Assembly: GCA_047495785.1 (NCBI GenBank) | Contig: JBLDXI010000003.1 | Location: 2,108,001 to 2,172,000, forward strand | Length of the DNA stretch: 64,000 nt | Direction: 5' to 3' | From: Lepidodermella squamata | Lineage: Eukaryota; Animalia; Gastrotricha | Part shown: in pieces, positions 63,516-64,000 of the stretch | How positions within the stretch are numbered: the stretch's first letter is position 1 | Layout: each line of letters begins with the position of its first letter | Position numbers and translations under genes: made by a program | Notes under the pieces: model-generated | Database searches by the model: none | Seen by the model: only the letters and a program-made list of their open reading frames with translations | What the model was told of the DNA's origin: nothing

Positions 63516-64000
63516 TTTTAATCGCAAAAATAGCAGGTACTGGTTCTGTACTGGTTCTGTTGCATTTTTTATTGCAAGATTATATTTTATCAGATTATTA
63601 CCGCCCTTTGATCATGTGACGTATGCTTGGTTTTGTTGATAACATGATTATACTTTATTATTTTGATATCGCTACATGCTATTACGTGAATGTTTTTTAT
63701 GATTAGGTACAGGCTGATCGGCTGAGAACAAGAATAATGAATAAGTATACCAGTAAAATGCTATCGCCATGTTATTGTAAAATAAGAATTCGGACCTGGA
63801 TTTTATTGCCAACCTCAATCAGCTGAAAAGCAGAAGATTGACGTATTGATGAGCTTTACTTCTTGCTTTAGCATCAGGTGTTTCAGGAAATTTCGATTTC
63901 TTTACCGAGAAAGCGAACACTTTTAGAAACGTCTCAAATTCACACAATGTGCCAAAGTTTGCATCAGAAATAGATCGCACAGGCGCCGACAGACCGGATG

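Overview
Eukaryotic (invertebrate) genomic DNA with short GT-AG introns. TTTTCAG-type acceptors and an ADD-less ATRX suggest a nematode-like animal (inference). The most striking feature is largely missed by the ORF track: a ~20-kb + strand gene (ATG 1389 to TGA 21401, ~320 aa if all exons are used). It has a first coding exon with an N-myristoylation-type start (MGNIFSTC...), then 20 internal phase-2/phase-2 exons (sixteen of 42 nt, one of 33, two of 36, one of 99) and a terminal exon. Seventeen micro-exons sit inside a ~172-bp tandem repeat, each 42-nt exon encodes two coiled-coil heptads, and any subset can be skipped without frameshift or stop. Its introns contain an apparently intact Sola-like DDD transposon with PB1/Myb-like and zinc-finger ORFs, RTE and CR1/L2-like LINE fragments, and MITEs. 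Downstream lie a B-box-like/coiled-coil/ankyrin gene, an F-box gene, a near-perfect 1836-bp tandem duplication joining ATRX 5' exons to F-box 3' exons, and an ATRX/XNP helicase. Further on are two tandem copies of a large secreted PAN/discoidin/LamG/F-type-lectin mosaic gene, a hAT element with an 8-bp TSD, a Cys-rich GPI-type gene, and an intronless bacterial-type PQQ-like beta-propeller gene. All exon structures were read by eye and need RNA-seq confirmation.
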